Shown: positions 1 through 9,272 of the stretch, one piece after another
Layout: each line of letters starts with the position of its first letter
Position numbering within the stretch: position 1 is the first letter of the stretch
Position numbers and translations under genes: made by a program
The notes under the pieces: generated by a model
What the model was told of the DNA's origin: nothing
Database searches by the model: none
The model's input: the letters and a program-made list of their open reading frames with translations, nothing else
Assembly (NCBI GenBank): GCA_976226885.1
Contig: OZ320319.1
Location: 75,640,001 to 75,704,000, forward strand
Direction: 5' to 3'
Source: Iphione sp. A-MEVVRFRX5
Taxonomy: Eukaryota
DNA length: 64,000 bases

Positions 1-2
1 CA

Positions 3-3000
3 GAGTGGGCAGCCCCAGCCTTTTTGGTGTCAAAAGGGGGGCCTGGTAAACACACTGGTTGGCGTTTGGTTGTTGACTATAGGGGTTTAAATACGGCCAC
101 CATAGACAGGTGCCTTAATATTCCCCGTATTGATGATACCCTTGATGCTATTGGTCAAGTGAAACCACAGTGGTTCTCTGCTTTAGACCTCGCTGCCTCC
201 TTCCATCAGTTGCCTATCAGGGAGGAGGACAGGGACAAAACTGCATTTTTAACACAAGATGGGGCATATAGGTACACTCGTTTACCTATGGGCCTACAGG
301 GATCACCTGCATCCCTACAATTGGCCATGGACAAACTTCTGTCAGACATTAGGTATAAGACATGTCTTGCCTATTTAGATGACATTATTGTCTTTTCCCC
401 CACTTTTGAACAACATCTAAAAGACCTAGAGGAGGTATTCAGGCGTCTACAGTCTGCAAATCTGAAACTAAAAGCCTCTAAGTGTCATGTTGGCTGTAAG
501 CAAATTAACTACCTAGGACATGTTCTTTCCCCTGAGGGAGTTGCCCCACAAAACGACAAGATTACAGCCATGACATCCCTTAAAACTCCTACCACTGTTA
601 AGGCAGTGAGACAGTTCCTGGGTATGGTAGGTTTCTATAGGAAATTTATCAGGAATTTTGCAGACATTGCTAGGCCCCTAACCCTCCTCCTAAAAGAAAA
701 GACAGAGTGGGTCTGGGGAGAAGACCAGCAAAAAGCCTACGACACCCTAATACAGGCTATCACCAGTTATGAGGTATTGATCTACCCAGACTTCAATAAA
801 CCATTTGAGTTGAGCACTGATGCTAGTGATGTAGGCATGGGGGCAGTGCTCTCTCAAAAAGATGACAGGGATGTATTGAGACCAGTGGCCTATGCGGCTA
901 AAACTTTCATCCCTGCTGAATTAAACTACACCACTACTGAAAAAGAACTGTGTGCAGTGGTGTGGGCCTGTAATTATTTCAGGGTTTATTTAGAGGGAAG
1001 GAGATTCACCATCCATACTGATCACAATGCCCTGAAATGGATCCTGACAACAAAGTCAGTGACAGGCAGATTAGCTAGGTGGGCAGCCAAATTACAGGGT
1101 TTTACCTTTGATGTAAAACATGTAAAAGGTAAAGAAAATGTAGTCCCAGATGCTCTATCAAGGCTACAGAGTAGGGAGAAGCCAGAGGACGTTTCAGCAA
1201 TACAGAATATATTGGGGGGTCAGGGAGGAGTCTCTGACATACCAGACACTCCAGAGAAGGAGGAAACCCACCCCTCCACCCACCAAGGCTTCTCCCCTCA
1301 CTGTCCACCAAATAAGGGGCTACAAACTCCTTGGATACGACCTCAGAGCCCACACCCTGTCCAGTCTGAATACATTAATTCCTCTTCCCCAAATTCACCA
1401 CCAAAAATGGGCACCAAAGCTCAGATTCAGGATGAGTTGAGGCCTGACCAATACACTGATGTATGCAGGGCTGAGGGGAGAGATGGGGTTTGGGTTCCTA
1501 CCCCCTCCCCCACTCCACACCCCTCTCCTGGCCTCCCAGGCCTCCATGGAGCTCGTTTCTCTCACCCTGGTCACTACTCCTTGGCCCAGAGCCAAGAGAG
1601 AGGTCGGATGGCTGAAATAACCATCCCACCACCCATCAAACCACCCTCCCCACCAGCTGCCAACCCTGGTAGCCTCCCACCCAACCCACCCTGCCTTCCC
1701 ACCCAGTCAGGAGGCTCCCTGCCTACCTCCCCTACCAGAGGGGAGGGGGAGAATATAAGAGAGTTCTCTAATACACATGGTATAGGTGTTCACACTTTAC
1801 AGCAAAAACCACAAAACAAAAGGAGAAAAAGATATCTGACTCAAGCATCCCAATCTATCCCTGAATGTCTCAATGGATTAGGGTTGGATGTAGACCTTAT
1901 TAGAGGAGAACAAGAGAAAGACCCCTTTTGCTCAGAGATATTAAACTTCCTCAGACACTCTAAACTCCCTGATGATGAAGACAAGGCAAGAGCTATTGTC
2001 TTGAGAGAGATGGATTATTTCATTTCTGATGATCTCCTATATAGACTCAATACTCCGGGGGGAAAGAAATCTCAGGTAACTGCACAGTTAGTTATTCCCC
2101 ACAATCTTATCAAAACTGTCCTAAGTCTCCACCATGATACTACATATGCAGGTCACTTAGGTTCACAGAAAATGCTTTCTGTAATGCGTCCACGTTACTT
2201 TTGGCCAAAACTCGTAGAGGATGTACAACTCTACACAAAATCCTGTGATGTGTGTAATGCAAATAAAAGAATGACACACACCATCAAACCACCGCTCACT
2301 CTCAGGGAGCCAGCCCCTGCTCCCTTTGCAGTGGTCAATATGGATGCCATCGAGGACCTGCCCCCGACAGAACAGGGAAACAAACATATCATAACTATTG
2401 TGGACTTTTATTCCAGATACCTCATAGCGTTCCCTGTCCCAGATCTAAAAGCAGCGACCCTTGCTAAACACTTTTATGAACAAGTTATCTGCCGCTTCGG
2501 GGCAGTGCGTCGGATTGTTAGTGACAATGGATCGGCTTTTATCTCTGAGTTGTTCAAAGAACTTTGCGTACGATTTGGCATACAACAAACCTTTATCACT
2601 AGCCTACATCCATCCTCTTCAGGCCTAGTTGAAAGATTCAATAGATCCATTATCAACAGCCTGAAAAACTATGTCCAGGAAAATCAGACAGACTGGGACA
2701 AGTTTCTCCCCTCTGTCTGCTATGCACTGAATATGTCGGATGCATATTCAACTGGACATAGCCCACATCTCCTCGTTCATGGGTACAACCCACCAACCCC
2801 ACCAGAGTCTAACCTTGATGATCCATTCAATGACCCTAAAAATGTACAACAAATCTTTGCAGATATCCTACAGGCACAACATGCAGCTGACAAGGTAGCA
2901 AAAGAACACCTTGCCATGACTCAGGACAAAATGAAGGAAAGGTATGATAAGACAGCATATATGCCAGACCTAAAACCTGGTGATATTGTTTGGTTGTTTT

Positions 3001-4148
3001 GGCCTAGAATTGCTCTTCCCAAAACTAGACTTAAACTTTCCAAAGTTTACCATGGACCTTTCCTTTTTGTCAGATTTCAATCTCCCTCTACTTGTTTCAT
3101 TAAGAGACTCTCTGACAATAAGTTTCTGGATAAACCTGTGGCAGTGGCTAGGTTAAAGAAGGGTTTGTTAAGAGAGGACATCACTCACTGGGATCCTATT
3201 ATTGGTGATATAGAGGACCCAATTGAATTGGATGAAGGTGACTTACCAAATGACAGTTTTGAGATGAGTGAACAGGATAGATCTGTCTCCAATCCAGACC
3301 CTGTCCTAGTCACTGTACATGAATCTACAGAGAAGAGAGACCAACCAACCCCTACCACCCACCCTTCCACCCCTCCCACCCATCAACAGACCCCTACTAC
3401 TACTCCCACCACCCCCACTACTACTCCTGATGCTCCTACAACCTCTAGGACGTTTCCTGGAGTAGATATAACGCTCCCAGTGCTGCCACAAGCGTCCTAC
3501 ACCCTCCCCCAGTCTCCTAATCAGCTCCAGAGCTCCAGGACGGATTTAGAACCTGATCCTCCACTCCTACACACACTGGCAGGCACTCCAGGGGGAGGGG
3601 GAGCATTCCAGGACGAGTTCTATACACCACCACAGCTCCCACCACCTCACAGGAGGGGCAGAGACCTCTCAAGAGGGAGTAAAGACCCCCATCTACTTAT
3701 TGACTCACCCCCATCTCAATCTTCACCCCTCCCATCACACAGCTCTTCCCCCACACCACAGACACCACAGATACGTCCTCCTGGCCATGGTATACCTCCC
3801 ACCCACTCTGGAGGGGAGCAGAATCCCTCCCAGTCAGGGAGCAGTGAACTCTTCACCCCTACACCTCCCCAGCCTCCCCAGAGTGTACCAAACGAAGGTG
3901 ATAAGCTATCCTACCCTGCTGCAAGTAAAAGTTTAGGCCCAGACAAAGTTTATCATGAAGTAAAAGAAATGATAGACATGGGTAATGTGTCAGGTTTAGG
4001 AACAAGATTCAAACTTGTTTTTGCAGATGGAGATATTAGATGGGTAGCACCTGAGTGTCTAAATACCATGGCTAAACAAAAGTTTCTCACCTCTGAAATA
4101 CAGGAGGATTCTCTTAGAGAAGTTCCCCACACTAGATCTATGAGGTAA
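3..4148 (+). CDS. pol: Pol polyprotein (5'-partial): RT, RNase H, Pro-rich insert, integrase, Pro/Thr-rich linker, chromodomain-like C-terminus
   Basis: Frame open from base 3 (EWAAPAFLVSK...WRLVVDYRGLN). YLDD at 372-383; RNase H TDAS/KELCA/HTDH/PDAL; INT H-x6-H and CDVC; D (2343), D (2523), E (2631) with exact D-35-E spacing; GPF motif ~3054-3062. Confidence 0.97.
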   Translation, partial: EWAAPAFLVSKGGPGKHTGWRLVVDYRGLNTATIDRCLNIPRIDDTLDAIGQVKPQWFSALDLAASFHQLPIREEDRDKTAFLTQDGAYRYTRLPMGLQGSPASLQLAMDKLLSDIRYKTCLAYLDDIIVFSPTFEQHLKDLEEVFRRLQSANLKLKASKCHVGCKQINYLGHVLSPEGVAPQNDKITAMTSLKTPTTVKAVRQFLGMVGFYRKFIRNFADIARPLTLLLKEKTEWVWGEDQQKAYDTLIQAITSYEVLIYPDFNKPFELSTDASDVGMGAVLSQKDDRDVLRPVAYAAKTFIPAELNYTTTEKELCAVVWACNYFRVYLEGRRFTIHTDHNALKWILTTKSVTGRLARWAAKLQGFTFDVKHVKGKENVVPDALSRLQSREKPEDVSAIQNILGGQGGVSDIPDTPEKEETHPSTHQGFSPHCPPNKGLQTPWIRPQSPHPVQSEYINSSSPNSPPKMGTKAQIQDELRPDQYTDVCRAEGRDGVWVPTPSPTPHPSPGLPGLHGARFSHPGHYSLAQSQERGRMAEITIPPPIKPPSPPAANPGSLPPNPPCLPTQSGGSLPTSPTRGEGENIREFSNTHGIGVHTLQQKPQNKRRKRYLTQASQSIPECLNGLGLDVDLIRGEQEKDPFCSEILNFLRHSKLPDDEDKARAIVLREMDYFISDDLLYRLNTPGGKKSQVTAQLVIPHNLIKTVLSLHHDTTYAGHLGSQKMLSVMRPRYFWPKLVEDVQLYTKSCDVCNANKRMTHTIKPPLTLREPAPAPFAVVNMDAIEDLPPTEQGNKHIITIVDFYSRYLIAFPVPDLKAATLAKHFYEQVICRFGAVRRIVSDNGSAFISELFKELCVRFGIQQTFITSLHPSSSGLVERFNRSIINSLKNYVQENQTDWDKFLPSVCYALNMSDAYSTGHSPHLLVHGYNPPTPPESNLDDPFNDPKNVQQIFADILQAQHAADKVAKEHLAMTQDKMKERYDKTAYMPDLKPGDIVWLFWPRIALPKTRLKLSKVYHGPFLFVRFQSPSTCFIKRLSDNKFLDKPVAVARLKKGLLREDITHWDPIIGDIEDPIELDEGDLPNDSFEMSEQDRSVSNPDPVLVTVHESTEKRDQPTPTTHPSTPPTHQQTPTTTPTTPTTTPDAPTTSRTFPGVDITLPVLPQASYTLPQSPNQLQSSRTDLEPDPPLLHTLAGTPGGGGAFQDEFYTPPQLPPPHRRGRDLSRGSKDPHLLIDSPPSQSSPLPSHSSSPTPQTPQIRPPGHGIPPTHSGGEQNPSQSGSSELFTPTPPQPPQSVPNEGDKLSYPAASKSLGPDKVYHEVKEMIDMGNVSGLGTRFKLVFADGDIRWVAPECLNTMAKQKFLTSEIQEDSLREVPHTRSMR

Positions 4149-4369
4149 ATAACCTACACACATTGATTATTGGCTACATGTCCCAGGCCAGACAATATAC
4201 ATTAGTATTTTGTCTGTGTTGCTCTTGATTATGATTTGGCAAAGGTCATATAGAACACACTGTGATAACTACTGCAGTAGGACTTTGTTTTTTCTGTGAT
4301 ATGTCTGATCAGATAGAATGTACAGAACCCTTTTAGTTTAGTTTCACCTCTGTATATATGCCCAGAGAC

Positions 4370-4387
4370 TTTATTTTTTATAATAAA
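4370..4387. terminator. Back-to-back poly(A) signals: minus-strand AATAAA (4375-4370) and plus-strand AATAAA (4382-4387)
   Basis: TTTATTTTTTATAATAAA; the plus signal is followed by a GU/U-rich tract (cgtcttgttatgtatattt) and lies ~235 nt after the pol stop. Confidence 0.5.
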
Positions 4388-4857
4388 ACGTCTTGTTATG
4401 TATATTTCGGATCTCCCAACAAAAAAAAATCAGAACTGACAGAGACAGAGAAGTGCATACAGGCACAGGGTTTTCAGTTCCCCACATGATTTATCTTGCC
4501 ATTTCTGAAAATGGTTCAGTGGATTGGAGATAACAGTTACAGGAGAAAACTGTTATACGGTAAAAGACCATGGCAGACACTCCCCCTTGCCCAGGGAAGG
4601 AAGGGGATGACCGTAAAGGTTTAGCCCTAGCCCACAAGAAGAAGGGTAGGGATGATTCAGTTTCCCTCCTTAGGGAATGAATATACATGTTTGCGGAACA
4701 TGTCAATTGTATTTTAACTGATCGCTCTCGCACCGTATCAGGTAGACTTGAAAAATTTTGGCATGACCCCTATTTACAAAGAGGGGCTCTAAAGGATATG
4801 TAATGGTGGCCCGAGGGCCGGGTTTCTTTTGGGGGAGGAAAGGGAGAAGATGGCTCT

Positions 4858-5408
4858 TTATTGCGCATGAATATAGTCCATCCACATCTTGCCATACCAG
4901 CCACCCCATTCTATATCCATCTTTCGTGCCCGGTATAATTCCTTCATGAGAAGGAAGTATGCCTTGGCCCAGTACGGTAGGGCAGCACCCCTTATCCGGG
5001 CTAATGACTGTGATCCCATGTCTTTTAACATGGCATCAAAAGCCAGCCGCCCAAGGGGGCCCAATTGCTGGTAGGTATAGGTGTGGTAGGTTTTTGTCTT
5101 AAACAAGGCAGTCCTCTCCAATGCATGTATGTACTTGCATAGGAGACACCAACAGTTTGGTTGACAATCTCCATGAAAGATTTCATGTATCAACTCATCA
5201 CTGCGGGATTTAGTTAACTCCCCTGTAAAACAATACATTAGCAGGAACCAGTCATCAGAGTAAAAAGCTCCAGCCTTTTTGTATACTATGTCATCATCCC
5301 AGTGCTGGGAAACAGACATAAACTCTGCAATACTGTCTGCCATGTCTTTCCCTTCCCAACCTAGAGGTAGGAATGAGTGCATCCCAAACCTGGGATCCAA
5401 CCCTGCCT
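4858..5408 (-). CDS. Main (last) coding exon of an antisense accessory gene of unknown function with a Cys/His cluster
   Basis: Part of the 237-codon minus ORF 4858-5571; globular-looking sequence (HGDCQPNCWCLLCKYIH); acceptor ccctcctctcctctcAG at 5410-5409; strong-Kozak internal Met (GACATGG, MADSIAEF, 161 aa); AATAAA overlaps the TAA stop (4862-4857). Confidence 0.7.
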
Positions 5409-5681
5409 CTGAGAGGAGAGGAGGGAGCCCTAAAACCATACCCATATTTGTAAAGTGGGTTTCCTGACTTAATTTATGCTCAGTCCTTCCTCCTACACCT
5501 CGTTTCTGTTGCCATGGGCCCTCCTCATGGCCCTGGTATTGATGGCTTGACTTATATGGCCAGGTATCCACTCTCTGACCATCACCAGCCCTCCCACCCT
5601 CTCACCAGTGGTGGGGAGAGGCTAAAATCGTTGATATAGCCCCATAGAGCCAGAGAGCACCACCCCACACTCCATACTCAC

Positions 5682-5742
5682 TCTGGAGCAGTGGAAACGT
5701 CCTTGCAACTGCTATACACACAGCAGCAAAGGGGATATACTT
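5682..5742 (-). CDS. Predicted exon 2 of the antisense accessory gene (KYIPFAAVCIAVARTFPLLQ)
   Basis: Acceptor tctctctctctcttAG (5744-5743) and donor GTGAGT (5681); enters in phase 0 and leaves in phase 1, matching both neighbouring exons. Confidence 0.45.
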
Positions 5743-5875
5743 CTAAGAGAGAGAGAGACCACTGGAAAATATCACCAGACTGAATACTGGGTTGTCTCTC
5801 TGTGGTGAAACCTACTACACTTGACTGTGTTATACTGACTCCAACTTATCCTAAGGAACAGAAAGGATAACTCAC

Positions 5876-5917
5876 CTTAGAGAAGGAGTTTATCCAGACT
5901 ACAGTGATTATCACCAT
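5876..5917 (-). CDS. Predicted exon 1 of the antisense accessory gene (MVIITVVWINSFSK; in-frame upstream ATG at 5956 possible)
   Basis: gtcATGg Kozak context; 42 nt ending AAG|GTGAGT (donor at 5875), phase 0. Confidence 0.45.
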
Positions 5918-5936
5918 GACTGCTCTTTGGAGAACA
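5916..5936 (+). CDS. env: Predicted env leader micro-exon (MTALWRT)
   Basis: accATG, 7 codons, then perfect GTAAGT at 5937; 246-nt intron with CACTAAT branch (6149-6155) and tttcAG at 6181-6182; joins env in frame to give signal peptide MTALWRTVVPLLCFASFCRVIQG. Confidence 0.7.
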
Positions 5937-6173
5937 GTAAGTTTTAATAGACTCATTCACACCTCTTTTGAAAGGGAAGTTGTATTGAGTTACTTTTGCA
6001 TTGACTTTAGTCAAAACTTGTATCTTTTCCCTTGTTTTAAGGTTTTGTTCCTCCAATACATTTAAAAGGAGATAACTTTGTTGGCAGAGAAAAGGCCTCA
6101 CTGTTATCCATTTCGGCATTGAGGTTACTTATCTTTAGGGAGGAACATCACTAATTATGGGAATATTTTATGT

Positions 6174-9131
6174 ATGTTTCAGGTAGTGCCACTACTGTGC
6201 TTTGCCTCCTTCTGTAGGGTCATACAGGGGAATGGCCCAGTGGTGAGGCAGAATGTAGGAGTGGTATTCCACCCTACAAAGCATGTCCTCTTAGGGGGCC
6301 AGGAGTCCTATGATCTGGTCTTCAAGATCCACATCCCTAGGGGTCTTGATCATTCTGTTATCAATCCAGACACAGATTTATGTCTTAGGGTCTGGAAACA
6401 TAGATATGGGGGAATGGCTTCAGACCAGCCATCAGATTCAGGCCAAAATATTTCGAAACCAGACCAGACTCCTGACAATACCACCCACTGGCTACCTCCC
6501 TTCCAAAGTATTGACCCTGAAGTACTGGCAATAGCTGCTGAACGTGCGAAACTACCCCATCCGCCACCAACATATGAGGGTGACTTCTGCAACTCGATGA
6601 CACCACTCTTCTCTTCATTACGGAGCGTGCTCCACACTGCTCGACAACACTATAGAGAAGAGCGCAGAAGGCTTATGATGTTGCTGAGGACACCATCCCC
6701 TAACCCAGGAACGGTAACTCCAAGGGCACCTTTCGGTTTCATGGGCCAGTTTCACAGGGCTCTTTATGGCACTGCGACACTTGATGATATTAAGGTCGTA
6801 AATGAGAATATAAAAAGAGTAAAAGGTTATTCAGTCGCGGTTGCAAATTTCACTACAAGACTTAGAGATTATACTCTTCATTTTGTAAATATAACTAGAC
6901 ACAAATTCAATGAACTTGGTAGGGACATGGTACAACATGCAGTTTATATAAACAGGCTTGCACAAGCAGAGCAGGAACTTTCTGAGAAATTAACAAAAAC
7001 CTCCACTCAATTAGAGTCTAATAGGTGGTGGACTCTATATGCACTTTCTTATGTAGGTGCCAAGACTCTGGCTATTCAACAAATTCATAACTATATTAAC
7101 GCTTTGTCCCGTTTTAGGCATGGCCTAGAACAGGGAATGAAGGGATCCCTCACAACTGACTTAATCTCTAGAAAAGACCTAAGGAGTGGTTTAAACCAAT
7201 TGAGAGAAAGACTTGCGAAAGTTGACAGAACAGTGGTCCTTAAAGATGCAGCACTTTACTATAATAACTTTCTGGTCCAGGTAAGGTACAATAGTCGGTA
7301 TATCTATATACATATTTTGGTTCCAGTTGCTAAAACACCCTCTTTGTATGACATGTACCAGGTAAGCACTTTTCCAGTCCCTATTAATATTAAGGATCAT
7401 AAGGGATATACCCAAATTACTAACATCCCTGACATCCTTTTGGTAAATGATCAAACAGGCAACTATATTACCTTATCACACAAGGATCTCATCGGTTGTG
7501 AAATGGATCACTTCATCCTTTGCCCTTTCCCACTCCCTGTTAGGGAACCTACCATCCCTACTTGTATTATGGACATTTTTCTGGATAAAACTATTTCATC
7601 CGCACAATGCAATCACAAGCTCTATCCTTTTCAAGAATCTCCAGATGATATTATCCCTATCTCAGACTCAACATTCATTATTTCTTCCTTCCACCATAAC
7701 TACACCCTCACTTGCAATGACTCAGTCACTACCCATACAGCAAATGGTTTAGCTGTTGCGAAGGTGGGTTGCGATTGCGTCCTACGGATAGGAGGACAGA
7801 TGGTCACAGGAGGCCGTTTCACCTGCGACCGACGAATGCAGATTGAACTCCAGCATGCACTTAACCTTCCAGTCTTACAAGCTTTTAATATTCCTCTGCC
7901 AAATGCCACTCCATCTTTTACCTCAAACATCTCCTACAGTCTGAAACTTCCAAACATTTCTGCCTTCCTTCATGAAGAAAAACAAAAATATGGAGATTCC
8001 TTTACAGATGACCTGGACAAAATTTCAACACAAATGCAAAAGATTAAGGTCCCAAAGCCACCTGTCCTCATGCCATGGCAAGCCGACTCCTTTTCTGACT
8101 GGCTAAAATCCCCATTTGCTTTCTCTTTCATCAGTGGTTGGGGAGCATTTCAGCTTCTCATCTCTCTTGTTTCATTAGGTTTAGCTATCTGGACATTCAT
8201 CAAAATGAGACAGTTAAGGGCAGCTTTACTTTTAGCCACCGCTAGTAGAACTATGTACACCCTGGCTGACCCCATCCCTCAGGTAAACTTCAAAGACCTC
8301 TATCCAATTGCACCTACTATGCCCACTGACATAGACACTGTTGAAGAAAATGACCTTACCCGAGTGCTGGCAAACATGACCTATCTAGACCAGATCGTCT
8401 CGATAATTTTTGTTATTTTTCTAATCTGGATGTTGGCCAAATTATTTAAATCTTGTGCAAAACTGTGTTGTGGAGGCACAGAACAATGCCTCAGCCGTCT
8501 ATCTCCATTTGGTAAACCAAACCACCTTCCTTGGAATCGTTCCACTTTCGCGTCAAGTGGCATTGAGTTTTGGCTCAAATTTGGTTCAGCCCACAAATAC
8601 GAGACCATATATCTGACCACCATTTTCGAACGCCTTGAGGCTACACGTGTGCACTGTATGCCTAAGGTTAAGGTATGTGAAATTATTTGTGGATGCACCA
8701 CTTGTGATGTTATTTTAAACTATGACGGGTGTCTCCAGTTGTCACACCCACATAAGAAGGAGACCATAAATTTGCCTGCAACAGTGCGTATTCCAGCCTG
8801 CAGAGGCAAGGCAATCAAACGCCTTGGCTTAGACACTGTTGAGGCTTGCCTTATTTTACGTCAGGGTGATCTCTGTGCACAGGCTACGGCAGAGACAACT
8901 TGTGCGGCCACTGCCTTATCCCGCACAGCTGCCCGTGCCAGCATGAGAGACCCAACCCACAGGACATCCTCAACCCTACCTCGATCTGCGAGTGCAGAAT
9001 CAATTAACCCTTTCATTCAACCAGAAGAATTGAGCCGAGGTAGAAACCTCAACATGGAGGCCACCGCTCCATTAGTAAAGTTTAAGGACCCGCCTGGTTA
9101 TTCAGGCACATATAACAGCTCATTCGCTTAA
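6174..9131 (+). CDS. env: Envelope glycoprotein, class I fusion F-type (baculovirus F/errantivirus-like), with a C-terminal second-TM extension
   Basis: Signal peptide; R184 followed by fusion-peptide-like APFGFMGQFHRALYGTATLDDI; heptad region; Cys-rich segment; many N-x-S/T sequons; aromatic MPER and TM at ~aa657-677; second TM ~aa741-758; PPGY at aa973-976. Confidence 0.93.
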   Translation: MFQVVPLLCFASFCRVIQGNGPVVRQNVGVVFHPTKHVLLGGQESYDLVFKIHIPRGLDHSVINPDTDLCLRVWKHRYGGMASDQPSDSGQNISKPDQTPDNTTHWLPPFQSIDPEVLAIAAERAKLPHPPPTYEGDFCNSMTPLFSSLRSVLHTARQHYREERRRLMMLLRTPSPNPGTVTPRAPFGFMGQFHRALYGTATLDDIKVVNENIKRVKGYSVAVANFTTRLRDYTLHFVNITRHKFNELGRDMVQHAVYINRLAQAEQELSEKLTKTSTQLESNRWWTLYALSYVGAKTLAIQQIHNYINALSRFRHGLEQGMKGSLTTDLISRKDLRSGLNQLRERLAKVDRTVVLKDAALYYNNFLVQVRYNSRYIYIHILVPVAKTPSLYDMYQVSTFPVPINIKDHKGYTQITNIPDILLVNDQTGNYITLSHKDLIGCEMDHFILCPFPLPVREPTIPTCIMDIFLDKTISSAQCNHKLYPFQESPDDIIPISDSTFIISSFHHNYTLTCNDSVTTHTANGLAVAKVGCDCVLRIGGQMVTGGRFTCDRRMQIELQHALNLPVLQAFNIPLPNATPSFTSNISYSLKLPNISAFLHEEKQKYGDSFTDDLDKISTQMQKIKVPKPPVLMPWQADSFSDWLKSPFAFSFISGWGAFQLLISLVSLGLAIWTFIKMRQLRAALLLATASRTMYTLADPIPQVNFKDLYPIAPTMPTDIDTVEENDLTRVLANMTYLDQIVSIIFVIFLIWMLAKLFKSCAKLCCGGTEQCLSRLSPFGKPNHLPWNRSTFASSGIEFWLKFGSAHKYETIYLTTIFERLEATRVHCMPKVKVCEIICGCTTCDVILNYDGCLQLSHPHKKETINLPATVRIPACRGKAIKRLGLDTVEACLILRQGDLCAQATAETTCAATALSRTAARASMRDPTHRTSSTLPRSASAESINPFIQPEELSRGRNLNMEATAPLVKFKDPPGYSGTYNSSFA

Positions 9132-9266
9132 ACATGCCTCTGCCTACCGAAACCACCATTCTATGTTCTTTGTATTGAAGATGTTTTGACCGGTCCATGC
9201 CCCCGGACCCAACGAGATTGTACTGAAGGAAACAACAACAACAAAAAAAAACCAGTGTCACATACA

Positions 9267-9272
9267 AATAAA
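9267..9272 (+). terminator. AATAAA 136 nt downstream of the env stop
   Basis: catacaAATAAAaattatgt. Confidence 0.4.

Noticed and set aside
4430-4733. Possible second antisense ORF or terminal exon (80-aa GTG ORF; 39-codon frame after an acceptor at 4550)
   Set aside because: No ATG start for the GTG ORF, no matching donor for the 39-codon frame, no recognisable motif
5877-6119. 80-aa minus ORF MPKWITVRPF...
   Set aside because: Stops one base before the 5875 donor and lies mostly in the predicted env intron; more likely incidental
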